A DNA stretch of 64,000 bases from Eledone cirrhosa (taxonomy: Eukaryota). Positions within the stretch are counted from its first letter, which is position 1; each line of letters starts with the position of its first letter. Shown one piece after another: positions 15,001 through 25,700 of the stretch. Location: contig OZ024741.1 in the NCBI GenBank assembly GCA_964016885.1, forward strand, positions 25,420,001 to 25,484,000, given 5' to 3'. The translations under genes and the position numbers were made by a program. The notes below the pieces were generated by a model, which was not told the origin of the DNA, searched no databases, and saw only the letters and a program-made list of their open reading frames with translations.

Positions 15001-16264
15001 GTCTTCTGTCTCAATGGTCAACTAAAGACACTATTGTGAGAAACTCAAATGTCTTCTCAGTCTCAATGGTCAACTAAAGACACTTGTGAGAAACTCAAAT
15101 GTCTTCTCAGTCTCAATGGTCAACTCAAGACACTATTGTGAGAAACTCAATGGTCTTCTCAGTCTCAATGGTCAACTCAAGACACTATTGTGAGAAACTC
15201 AAATGTCTTCTCAGTCTCAATGGTCAACTAAAGACACTGTTGTGAGAAACTCAATGGTCTTCTCTGTCTCAATGGTCAACTCAAGACACTATTGTGAGAA
15301 ACTCAAATGTCTTCTGTCTCAATGCTCAACTCAAGACACTATTGTGAGAAACTCAATGGTCTTCTCAGTCTCAATGGTCAACTCAAGACACTATTGTGAG
15401 AAACTCAAATGTCTTCTCAGTCTCAATGGTCAACTAAAGACACTATTGTGAGAAACTCAAATGTCTTCTCAGTCTCAATGGTCAACTAAAGACACTGTTG
15501 TGAGAAACTCAATGGTCTTCTCAGTCTCAATGGTCAACTAAAGACACTATTGTGAGAAACTCAAATGTCTTCTCAGTCTCAATGGTCAACTAAAGACACT
15601 GTTGTGAGAAACACAATGGTCTTCTCTGTCTCAATGGTCAACTCAAGACACTATTGTGAGAAACTCAAATGTCTTCTCAGTCTCAATGGTCAACTCAAGA
15701 CACTTGTGAGAAACTCAATGGTCAACTCTGTCTCAATGGTCAACTAAAGACACTATTGTGAGAAACTCAAATGTTTTCTCAGTCTCAATGGTCAACTAAA
15801 GACACTATTGTGAGAAACTCAAATGTCTTCTCAGTCTCAATGATCAACTAAAGACACTATTGTGAGAAACTCAAATGTCTTCTCAGTCTCAATGGTCAAC
15901 TAAAGACACTGTTGTGAGAAACTCAATGGTCTTCTCAGTCTCAATGGTCAACTAAAGACACTATTGTGAGAAACTCAAATGTCTTCTCTGTCTCAAAGGT
16001 CAACTAAAGACACTATTGTGAGAAACTCAAATGTCTTCTCTGTCTCAATGGTCAACTAAAGACACTATTGTGAGAAACTCAAATGTCTTCTGTCTCAATG
16101 GTCAACTAAAGACACTATTGTGAGAAACTCAAATGTCTTCTCTGTCTCAATGGTCAACTCAAGACACTGTTGTGAGAAACTCAAATGTCTTCTCAGTCTC
16201 AATGGTCAACTCAAGACACTATTGTGAGAAACTCAATGGTCAACTCAAGACATTATTGTGAGAA
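1..16264. repeat. Satellite array 1, 50/52-bp monomer (TTGTGAGAAACTCAAATGTCTTCT[CT]GTCTCAATGGTCAACTAAAGACACTA), roughly 320 copies, runs off the left edge
   Basis: Head-to-tail repeats read directly. Length variants differ by a CT dinucleotide. Recurrent variants (TCAACT, TCTGCT, CTCAAG, CAGTCT) occur in repeated orders. The array degrades at about 16240-16264. Confidence 0.98.
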
Positions 16265-16334
16265 TCTTCAATCAGTGTTTCTTCAATCAGTCACAATGGT
16301 TAATAAGCTGAAAAAATCCAAGTAAAAAACTTAC

Positions 16335-16411
16335 CGAGCTTTTTTAGCAACTGGAGAGTTTGTTTTCACTTTCATCCCTTTCATAACAGGCATGGCACAT
16401 GATGCAACAGG
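16335..16411 (-). CDS. NDUFS1: Internal coding exon (77 bp) of NADH:ubiquinone oxidoreductase 75-kDa subunit; PVASCAMPVMKGMKVKTNSPVAKKA(R)
   Basis: Manual translation of the minus strand matches the NDUFS1/NuoG motif A[A/S]CAMPVMKG...TNS...KKAR. Acceptor cttgctctgtctaatctcttgtAG has a CTAAT branch-like motif; donor is CG|GTAAGT. Starts in phase 0, ends in phase 2. Confidence 0.95.
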
Positions 16412-16499
16412 CTACAAGAGATTAGACAGAGCAAGATTGTATTACAGACAACTTTTGATACTATGGAGTAGTGGTGAAAGAAAGAGAAGGATTACTTAG

Positions 16500-16545
16500 T
16501 CATCATCATCAGTTTCGTATCCACTTTTCCATGCTAGCATGGGCT
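16500..16545 (-). mobile_element. Very short 3'-terminal remnant of an RTE LINE (or of an RTE-tailed SINE)
   Basis: (CAT)n followed by ...tccacttttccatgctagcatggg, similar to the 3' end of the intact element at 37125-37190. Confidence 0.7.
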
Positions 16546-16569
16546 ATCTAAATTCTAAAGTATGTCTCA

Positions 16570-16800
16570 AGCCTGGAGGCTTATCAGGCCAGTGCTTATC
16601 CCACTTTCAGTGGCATGAAGCAACTGAGAGTACATGACTCCCACTTGAACAAGAAGCTAGTCCTTTGTAGAGTTAAACCCCCAGTTATTGCTGGTACTCA
16701 TTTTCAGTTGAGTATATTGAGGTAACTTGAAATGAAATTATTTTCTCAAAAAAAAAACAACACATAACCCAGTTCAGGAATCAAACCCATAACATTATGG
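16570..16800 (-). mobile_element. Degenerate tRNA-derived SINE
   Basis: Minus-strand B-box-like GGTTTGATTCC at 16787-16777. The body (gctggtactcattttcag..., gcttatccc...gaagcaactgagagtacatgactcc) resembles invertebrate SINEs with a conserved central domain. Family assignment is from memory and not verified. Confidence 0.6.
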
Positions 16801-17015
16801 CACTTCTTTACACAATGATCATCATCTATATATATATATCACAACCATACCAGCACTAGCTTCTCTCAAGGACACTACATCAGAATCCTTTTATATCCAA
16901 ATTTTCTCTCAGCTCATCCACACATTATTGTTCAAACACAACAAAGCATGCTTGGTTTCATTTCTCTCCAGCCTTCGTAAACATGAGCAGCAATGGTCAA
17001 TAAATTCAGTTAGCA

Positions 17016-17078
17016 CATCATCATCATTGTCATTGTTTTTACGTCCGCTTTCCTTGCTAGCAAGGGTTAGACAGGTCT
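17016..17078 (-). mobile_element. Short 3'-terminal remnant of an RTE LINE
   Basis: (CAT)n...tttacgtccgctttccttgctagcaagggttagacagg aligns by eye with the intact element's tttaacgtccgtgttccacgcttgcatgggtttggacgg. Confidence 0.75.
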
Positions 17079-17302
17079 ACATAGTAGTGGCTACTGATCT
17101 CCCAGACAAGGAGTAATAAAATCTTAATGTTTCAGACATGACCTTCAACAGAATGAACCCATGTCTAAAATGTTGAAATTGCTTCACTCCTGAGGGTAAA
17201 GACATTTTCTGGGATTTGGTGAAGACTGCAACTGAGATGGCAATAGAAGACTCACCTTACCTGATTACTCCACTTCAACAAATATAGAGATATAAGACTC
17301 AC

Positions 17303-17410
17303 CTTTGCTGCTCGCTCCACTTCAACTAAACACATACGGCAGTTTCCTGCCACCGATAAACGGTCATGGTAACAAAATCTTGGAATTTCAACTCCAGCCG
17401 CAGCACATGC
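17303..17410 (-). CDS. NDUFS1: Internal coding exon (108 bp) of NADH:ubiquinone oxidoreductase 75-kDa subunit; [36 protein letters not shown]
   Basis: Contains the diagnostic [21 protein letters not shown] 2Fe-2S (N1b) motif of NDUFS1/NuoG. Acceptor ttccccttgttttaatttcAG, donor AAG|GTGAGT. Splices in frame to the 16335-16411 exon across an 891-bp intron. Confidence 0.97.
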
Positions 17411-17592
17411 CTGAAATTAAAACAAGGGGAAATGTAATAACATTGTTTCTACATTCACTTTTCCATGTATGTATGACTGTAAGTATATTCCAAGTTCCAT
17501 GTCTTAGTTTTGCACTTCAGTAGTTAGAATTTTCATAGGACATTTCTTTTCAAGGTCATAAGCAATGTAACTTTTTCTGATATATCCTATAA

Positions 17593-17622
17593 ACCCAGGA
17601 AAGGCCAGGTAGTGCTACTAGT
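17593..17622 (+). mobile_element. Possible Helitron-like 3' terminus remnant
   Basis: acccaggaaaggccaggtagtgctaCTAGt: an imperfect GC-rich hairpin-like stretch about 10 nt before CTAG followed by T. Very degenerate. Confidence 0.25.
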
Positions 17623-17780
17623 ATTTTATACTACTAAGTTTCACAGTTGTTTGTCACACACCTACAACCAGGTCACTGATATTCTACTTTATTGTATCTG
17701 TTAGAAGTTAGTTGTTGCCTAGTTTTTATAGGACAGAGAGTATAACTGGAACCTGGTCATTGAATTGTAACATATATTGA

Positions 17781-17828
17781 TCATCATCATCGTTTAATGT
17801 CTATCTTCCCCGCTAGCTTGGATATGGA
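17781..17828 (-). mobile_element. Short 3'-terminal remnant of an RTE LINE
   Basis: tcatcatcatcgtttaatgtctatcttccccgctagcttgg has the same architecture as the intact element's tail. Confidence 0.65.
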
Positions 17829-17869
17829 ATTTTTTTAGCTATTTTAAGAAGCCAGACCCAACATTTAAT

Positions 17870-18002
17870 GCAAACTATGGCCTGCGAGCCACATGCAGCC
17901 CGTTTGGCTTTCTTAATGACACACCTAATTTCAAAATTGCCTTGAATTTGTTATCAGTGCTGCCAATGTGGCTCACTGCTCAATAAAGGTTGCCCATGTC
18001 TG
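17870..18002. mobile_element. Degenerate hAT (Charlie-like) non-autonomous DNA transposon / MITE
   Basis: Left part gcaaactatggcctgcgagccacatgcagccc and right end aaaggttgcccatgtctg resemble the terminal and subterminal pattern of hAT-Charlie MITEs. The left terminus is eroded. Confidence 0.55.
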
Positions 18003-18342
18003 ATTTAATGCTTGCTGTCAACTGAGGATAGACTTAAACCAACAAAGAAAGACAGTCTCTATATTCTGGCAGATATATTCCTGTCAACCATAATGTAGTG
18101 TCAATAGCAAATAAGAGATTAACGAAGTTAAGTAAAACAGGTACTAGGTGATGTACAGGTAAGTGTGGTAAAGTAGAAATGTCTTGTTTAAGAAGCAGAG
18201 ATTGCAGAGTAGAGGTAACACCACAAATGGAAATACAGCTCAACCAAAGACATCAGCTGTGACTGTAACACAGAATCACAAACTGTTGAATTGCCTTCTA
18301 TTGACCTTTCTATGTATAATGAAGTTGCCGAAACATATGTAG

Positions 18343-20511
18343 TATAGACACATACTATGGAACACATATTAATGGGATACTATATAGGCACATACTATAG
18401 AACACATATTAATGAGATACCATATAGACACATACTATGCAACACATTAATGAGATACTATATAGACACATACTATGGAACACATATTAATGGGATACTA
18501 TATAGACACATACTATGGAACACATATTAATGGGATACTATATAACACATATTAATGGGATACTATATAGACACATATTAATGGGATACTAAAAAGACAT
18601 ATTATGGAACACATTAATGGGATACTATATAGACACATACTATGGAACACATTAATGAGATACTATATAGACACATACTATAGAACATATTAATGGGATA
18701 CTATATAGACACATACTATGGAACACATTAATTACTATATAGACATACTATGGAACACATATTAATGGGATACTATATAGACACATACTATAGAACACAT
18801 ATTAATGGGATACTATATAGACACATACTATGGAACACATTAATGGGATACTATATAGTCACATACTATAGAACACATTAATGGGATGCTATATAGACAC
18901 ATACTATGGAACACATTAATGGGATACTATATAGACATACTATGGAACACATTAATGAGATACTATATAGACACATACTATGGAACACATTAATGGGATA
19001 CTATATAGACACATATTAATGGGATACTATATAGACATACTATGGAACACATTAATGAGATACTATATAGACACATACTATAGAACACATTAATGGGATA
19101 CTATATAAACACATACTATGGAACACATTAATGGGATACTATATAGACACATACTATGGAACACATTAATGGGATACTATATAGACACATACTATGGAAC
19201 ACATTAATGGGATACTATATAGACACACTATAGAACACATATTAATAGGATACTATATAGACACATACTATAGAATACATATTAATGGGATACTATATAG
19301 ACACATACTATGGAACACATATAAATGGGACACTATATAGACACATACTATGGAACACACAATGGGATACTATATAGACACATACTATAGAACATATTAA
19401 TGGGATACTATATAGACACACACTATGGAACACATTAATGGGATACTATATAGAACACATATTAATAGGATACTATATAGACACATACTATAGAATACAT
19501 ATTAATGGGATACTATATAGACACATACTATGGAACACATAAATGGGACACTATATAGACACATACTATGGAACACACAATGGGATACTATATAGACACA
19601 TACTATAGAACATATTAATGGGATACTATATAGACACATACTATGGAACACATTAATGGGATACTATATAGACACATACTATAGAACACATATTAATAGG
19701 ATACTATATAGACACATACTATAGAATACATATTAATGGGATACTATATAGACACATACTATGGAACACATATAAATGGGACACTATATAGACACATACT
19801 ATGGAACACACAATGGGATACTATATAGACACATACTATAGAACATATTAATAGGATACTATATAGACACATACTATAGAACACATATTAATGAGATACT
19901 ATATAGACACATACTATAGAACACATATTAATGGGATACTATATAGACACATACTATAGAACACATATTAATGGGATATTATATAGACACATACTATGGA
20001 ACACATATTAATGGGATACTATATAGACATATACTATAGAACACATATTAATGGGATACTATATAGACACACTATAGAACATATATTAATTAGATACTAT
20101 ATAGACACATACTATGGAACACATATTAATGAGATATTATATAGACACACACTATAGAACACATATTAATGGGATACTATATAGACACATACTATAGAAC
20201 ATATATTAATTAGCTACTATATAGACACATACTATGGAACACATATTGAGATACTATGGAACACATTAATGGGATACTATATAGACACATACTATAGAAC
20301 ACATTAATGGGATACTATATAGACACATACTATAGAACACATATTAATGGGATACTATATAGACACATACTATAGAACATATATTAATTAGATACTATAT
20401 AGACACATACTATAGAATACATATTAATGGGATGTTATATAAACACATACTATAGAATACATATTAATGAGATACCATATAGACATACTACAGAACACAT
20501 ATTAATAAGAT
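18343..20511. repeat. Satellite/minisatellite array 2, 38/40-bp monomer (TATATAGACACATACTATGGAACAC[AT]ATTAATGGGATAC), about 55 copies
   Basis: Direct tandem repeats, more heterogeneous than arrays 1 and 3, with partial monomers. Confidence 0.95.
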
Positions 20512-20718
20512 GTGTTCTAATGTAAGAACCATACATTTTTACTAAATTTACTGTGTACAATGAAGGTGTAAAAAAATGTGTTCAACTTTGGCTGAATAAA
20601 ATTTAGCTGAATGTGAAGTGGACTCAATAAGAAGATAAGAACTGGCCACTGGGATAGAATACTAATCTACCTCCAGTTTAAATGGCTAACAGACACACAA
20701 ACTCCTGCTAAACTAGAG

Positions 20719-20758
20719 TAATATATATACATACACACACACATACATATATATATAC
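20719..20758. repeat. Compound (TA)n/(CA)n microsatellite
   Basis: atatatatacatacacacacacatacatatatatatac directly abuts the truncated LINE. Confidence 0.85.
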
Positions 20759-20760
20759 TT

Positions 20761-22765
20761 AATCGGGGTTGCCAGACGAACTTAAGGATAGATTTTACGA
20801 GTCCCTAATGCACACTACTGCTCTAACAAACGACAATGACTTCCTAATAATCGCAGGAGATTTTAACGGACACATAGGTAAACACTGTGACGGCTTCAAT
20901 AGAGTCCATGGAGGCCATGGGGTTGGCCCAAGAAATGAGGAAGGATTCAGACTTCTAGAATTCTGCGACGCCAATGACATGTCGATATGTAACACAAACT
21001 ACAAAAAACCAGACAACCACCTGATCACCTATAGATCAGGGGAGCATTCTAGTCAGATAGATTTTATCCTCATCAGAGGACGTGACAGATGGACGGTCGT
21101 AAACACAAAAGCCCTCCCTAATGAGGAATGTACATCCCAACATAGCTTAGTTGTCAGCGACCTCACCGTCAGAACTAGACGAACCTGGAAACAGAGGCCA
21201 ACCTGGAGAAGAAAGATCTGGAAGCTGAAAGACCCCTCAACCAGTAACAGATTTAAAGATATTTTACTCAACGCCTACAACAGTAAAGAAGAACAGATAG
21301 AGACATTCAATGTAGAAGAGAACTGGGAGTTCCTAAAAAATAACTTACTAGAGGCGACGGATGAGGTCTGTGGCTGGAGTAAGACCACAAGCAGGAGGAG
21401 AGTGACTTGGTGGTGGAACAATAAGGTAGATGAGGCAGTTAAGGCCAAGAGACAGGCATGGAAAGAATGGAAGAACGGGGGGGGGGGGAGCAGGGTACAT
21501 TACATAGAGACCAAGAGGGAAGCTAGGCGACAAGTATACTTAGCTAGGAGGGAAGCAGAGGATAGAAAATTCAAGCATGTTTTGCAACGTGAGGACCAGA
21601 AACAGGAGGTGTTCAAGATTGCGAGGCAGTGTGTCAGAGATAGTTGTGATGTCATTGGAGAGAAGTGTATCCGGAATGATAAAGGTGAGCTTGCCCTCAC
21701 AAATGCTGAGAAGAAAGATGCATGGAAGAGTCATTATAATAGATTACTAAATGAGGAGAATGCATGGGAAGAAGAGACCCTACCCCACGTAGACCCTATA
21801 GAGGGACCAGCAGTACAAGTCAGCGGCAGCGTAGTAAGTAAGGCAATCAGAGATATGAAGATAGGGAAGGCAACCGGTCCATCGGGTATAGCTGCCGAGA
21901 TGCTGAAGGCATCTGGGTCTGTAGGTCACACTATAACCACACGTATCGTTAACCAGGTAATACTAGAAGGGGCCATACCAAAAGATTGGTGCAGTAGCAT
22001 CATTGTCAACTGCTATAAAGGCAAAGGTGATGCACTAAATAGAGGAAACTATAGAGGTATAAAGCTGATGGACCAGGTCATGAAAGTAACAGAAAGAGTC
22101 ATAGCACAGTTGATTAGGGACCGGGTGAAACTAGACGAGATGCAATTTGGGTTTGTACCAGGGAAGAGGCACCACTGATGCCCTCTTCCTTGTCAGGCAG
22201 TTACAGGAAAAGTACCTAGCTAAAAGTAAGCCACTCTACCTGGCATTTGTCGATCTTGAGAAAGCCTTTGACAGAGTTCCACGTGCTGTAATATGGTGGG
22301 CCCTTAGAAGACTAGGAGTAGATGAATGGCTTGTGAAAGCGGTACAAGCCATGTATAGGGGAGCAGTCAGCAAAGTTAGGATTAGCAATGAGTATAGCGA
22401 GGAATTTAGCGTACAGGTTGGGGTCCACCAGGGCTCTGTTCTTAGCCCCCTACTGTTCATCATAGTCCTGCAGGCAATAACGGAGGAGTTTAAGACCGGA
22501 TGCCCATGGGAACTCCTGTATGCTGATGACCTCGCACTTATAGCTGAATCTATGGTAGAACTAGAGAAGAAATTCCAAACTTGGAAGCAGGGACTAGAAA
22601 GAAAGGGTCTCAAAGTCAACATGACAAAGACTAAGGTCCTTGCAAGTAGACAAGAAAACAGAACCCAGATCCCCTCAGGGAAATGGCCTTGCTCAGTATG
22701 TAGGACAGGTGTAGGTAGGAACTCCATTCTCTGCTCCAAATGCAAACAATGGGTACACAAAATGA
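20761..22765 (+). pseudogene. RTE-clade LINE fragment: C-terminal part of APE endonuclease plus most of RT; truncated at both ends, with one frameshift near 22163
   Basis: ORFs 20769-22178 and 22147-22773 carry AGDFNGH, SQIDF, FVDLEKAFDRV, GVHQGSVLSPLLF and YADD. It is colinear with the intact ORF at 37516-40878. One extra base in cca ggg aag agg cac breaks FVPGxGTTDA. It ends in the middle of the zinc finger (WVHK) at the satellite junction and has no tail. Confidence 0.93.
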
Positions 22766-22769
22766 CACT

Positions 22770-25700
22770 CTAATAAAACACACTTTCTATGTTGTTTAAC
22801 CCTTTCATTACCATATTTCTAATAGAAGACACTGTCTATGTTGTTTAACCCTTTCATTACCATATCTCTAATAAAAGACACTGTCTATGTTGTTTAACCC
22901 TTTCATTACCATATTTCTAATAAAAGATCCTGTCTATGTTGTTTAACCCTTTCATTACCATATTTCTAATAAAAGACAGTATGTTGTTTAACCCTTTCAT
23001 TATCATATTTCTAATAAAAGACACTGTCTATGTTGTTTAACCCTTTCATTACCATATTTCTAATAAAAGACACTGTCTATGTTGTTTAACCCTTTCATTA
23101 CCATATTTCTAATAAAAGATCCTGTCTATGTTGTTTAACCCTTTCATTACCATATTTCTAATAAAAGACACTGTCTATGTTGTTTAACCCTTTTATTACC
23201 ATATTTCTAATAAAAGACAGTCTATGTTGTTTAACCCTTTCATTATCATATTTCTAATAAAAGACACTGTCTATGTTGTTTAACTCTTTCATTACCATAT
23301 TTCTAATAAAAGACACCGTCTATGTTGTTTAACCCTTTCATTATCATATTTCTAATAAAAGACACTGTCTATGTTGTTTAACCCTTTCATTACCATATTC
23401 CTAATAAAAGACACTGTCTATGTTGTTTAACCCTTTCATTACCATATTTCTAATAAAAGACACTGTCTATGTTGTTTAACCCTTTCATTACCATATTTCT
23501 AATAAAAGACACTGTCTATGATGTTTAACCATTTCATTATCATATTTCTAATAAAAGACACTGTCTATGTTGTTTAACCCTTTCATTACCATATTTCTAA
23601 TAAAAGACACTGTCTATGTTGTTTAACCCTTTCATTATCATATTTCTAATAGAAGACACTGTCTATGTTGTTTAACCCTTTCATTATCATATTTCTAATA
23701 GAAGACACTATGTTGTTTAACCCTTTCATTACCATATTTCTAATAAAAGACACTGTCTATGTTGTTTAACACTTTCATTACCATATTTCTAATAAAAGAC
23801 ACCGTCTATGTTGTTTAACCCTTTCATTATCATATTTCTAATAAAAGACACTGTCTATGTTGTTTAACCCTTTCATTACCATATTCCTAATAAAAGACAC
23901 TGTCTATGTTGTTTAACCCTTTCATTACCATATTTCTAATAAAAGACACTGTCTATGTTGTTTAACCCTTTCATTACCATATTTCTAATAAAAGACACTG
24001 TCTATGATGTTTAACCATTTCATTATCATATTTCTAATAAAAGACACTGTCTATGTTGTTTAACCCTTTCATTACCATATTTCTAATAAAAGACACTGTC
24101 TATGTTGTTTAACCCTTTCATTATCATATTTCTAATAGAAGACACTGTCTATGTTGTTTAACCCTTTCATTATCATATTTCTAATAGAAGACACTATGTT
24201 GTTTAACCCTTTCATTACCATATTTCTAATAAAAGACACTGTCTATGTTGTTTAACACTTTCATTACCATATTTCTAATAAAAGACACTGTCTATGTTGT
24301 TTAACCCTTTCATTACCATATTTCTAATAAAAGACACTGTCTATGATGTTTAACCATTTCATTATCATATTTCTAATAAAAGACACTGTCTATGTTGTTT
24401 AACCCTTTCATTACCATATTTCTAATAAAAGACACTGTCTATGTTGTTTAACCCTTTCATTACCAAATTTCTAATAAAAGACACTGTCTATGTTGTTTAA
24501 CCCTTTCATTACCATATTTCTAATAAAAGACACTGTCTATGTTGTTTAACCCTTTCATTACCATGTTTCTAATAAAAGACACTGTCTATGTTGTTTAACC
24601 CTTTCATTATCATATTTCTAATAGAAGACACTGTCTATGTTGTTTAACCCTTTCATTATCATATTTCTAATAGAAGACACTATGTTGTTTAACCCTTTCA
24701 TTACCATATTTCTAATAAAAGACACTGTCTATGTTGTTTAACACTTTCATTACCATATTTCTAATAAAAGACAATGTCTATGTTGTTTAACCCTTTCATT
24801 ACCATATTTCTAATAAAAGACACTGTCTATGATGTTTAACCATTTCATTATCATATTTCTAATAAAAGACACTGTCTATGTTGTTTAACCCTTTCATTAC
24901 CATATTTCTAATAAAAGACACTGTCTATGTTGTTTAACCCTTTCATTACCAAATTTCTAATAAAAGACACTGTCTATGTTGTTTAACCCTTTCATTACCA
25001 TATTTCTAATAAAAGACACTGTCTATGTTGTTTAACCCTTTCATTACCATGTTTCTAATAAAAGACACTGTCTATGTTGTTTAACCCTTTCATTACCATA
25101 TTTCTAATAAAAGACACTGTCTATGTTGTTTAACCCTTTCATTACCATATTTCTAATAAAAGACACTGTCCATGTTGTTTAACCCTTTCATTACCATATT
25201 TCTAATAAAAGACACTGTCTATGTTGTTTAACCCTTTCATTACCATATTTCTAATAAAAGACAGTATGTTGTTTAACCCTTTCATTATCATATTTCTAAT
25301 AAAAGACACTGTCTATGTTGTTTAACCCTTTCATTACAATATTTCTAATAAAAGACGCTGTCTATGTTGTTTAACCCTTTCATTACCATATTTCTAATAA
25401 AAGACACTGTCTATGTTGTTTAACCCTTTCATTACCATATTTCTAATAAAAGACACTGTCTATGTTGTTTAACCCTTTCATTACCATATTTCTAATAAAA
25501 GACACTGTCTATGTTGTTTAACCCTTTCATTATCATATTTCTAATAAAAGACACTGTCTATGTTGTTTAACTTTTCATTACCATATTTCTAATAAAAGAC
25601 ACTGTCTATGTTGTTTAACCCTTTCATTACCATATTTCTAATAAAAGACACTGTCTATGTTGTTTAACCCTTTCATTACCATATTTCTAATAAAAGACAC

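Larger units (their letters stand above)
16412..17302 (-). other. NDUFS1: NDUFS1 intron (891 bp, phase 0, GT-AG)
   Basis: Bounded by GTGAGT at 17302 and TAG at 16414-16412 on the minus strand; joins two in-frame conserved exons. Confidence 0.92.

Noticed and set aside
819-15747. Short ORFs (60-96 aa) in satellite 1
   Set aside because: They are translations of the 50/52-bp repeat wherever length variants avoid a stop; there is no coding signature.
17305-17523. 72-aa plus-strand ORF
   Set aside because: It is the antisense shadow of the real NDUFS1 exon on the minus strand.
18020-18342. Hammerhead or Penelope-like remnant (CTGAGGA at 18022, CCGAAAC near 18330) and the 69-aa ORF 18034-18243
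   Set aside because: The core motifs are too far apart with no supporting stems. The ORF lacks similarity to NDUFS1 or any recognisable domain.
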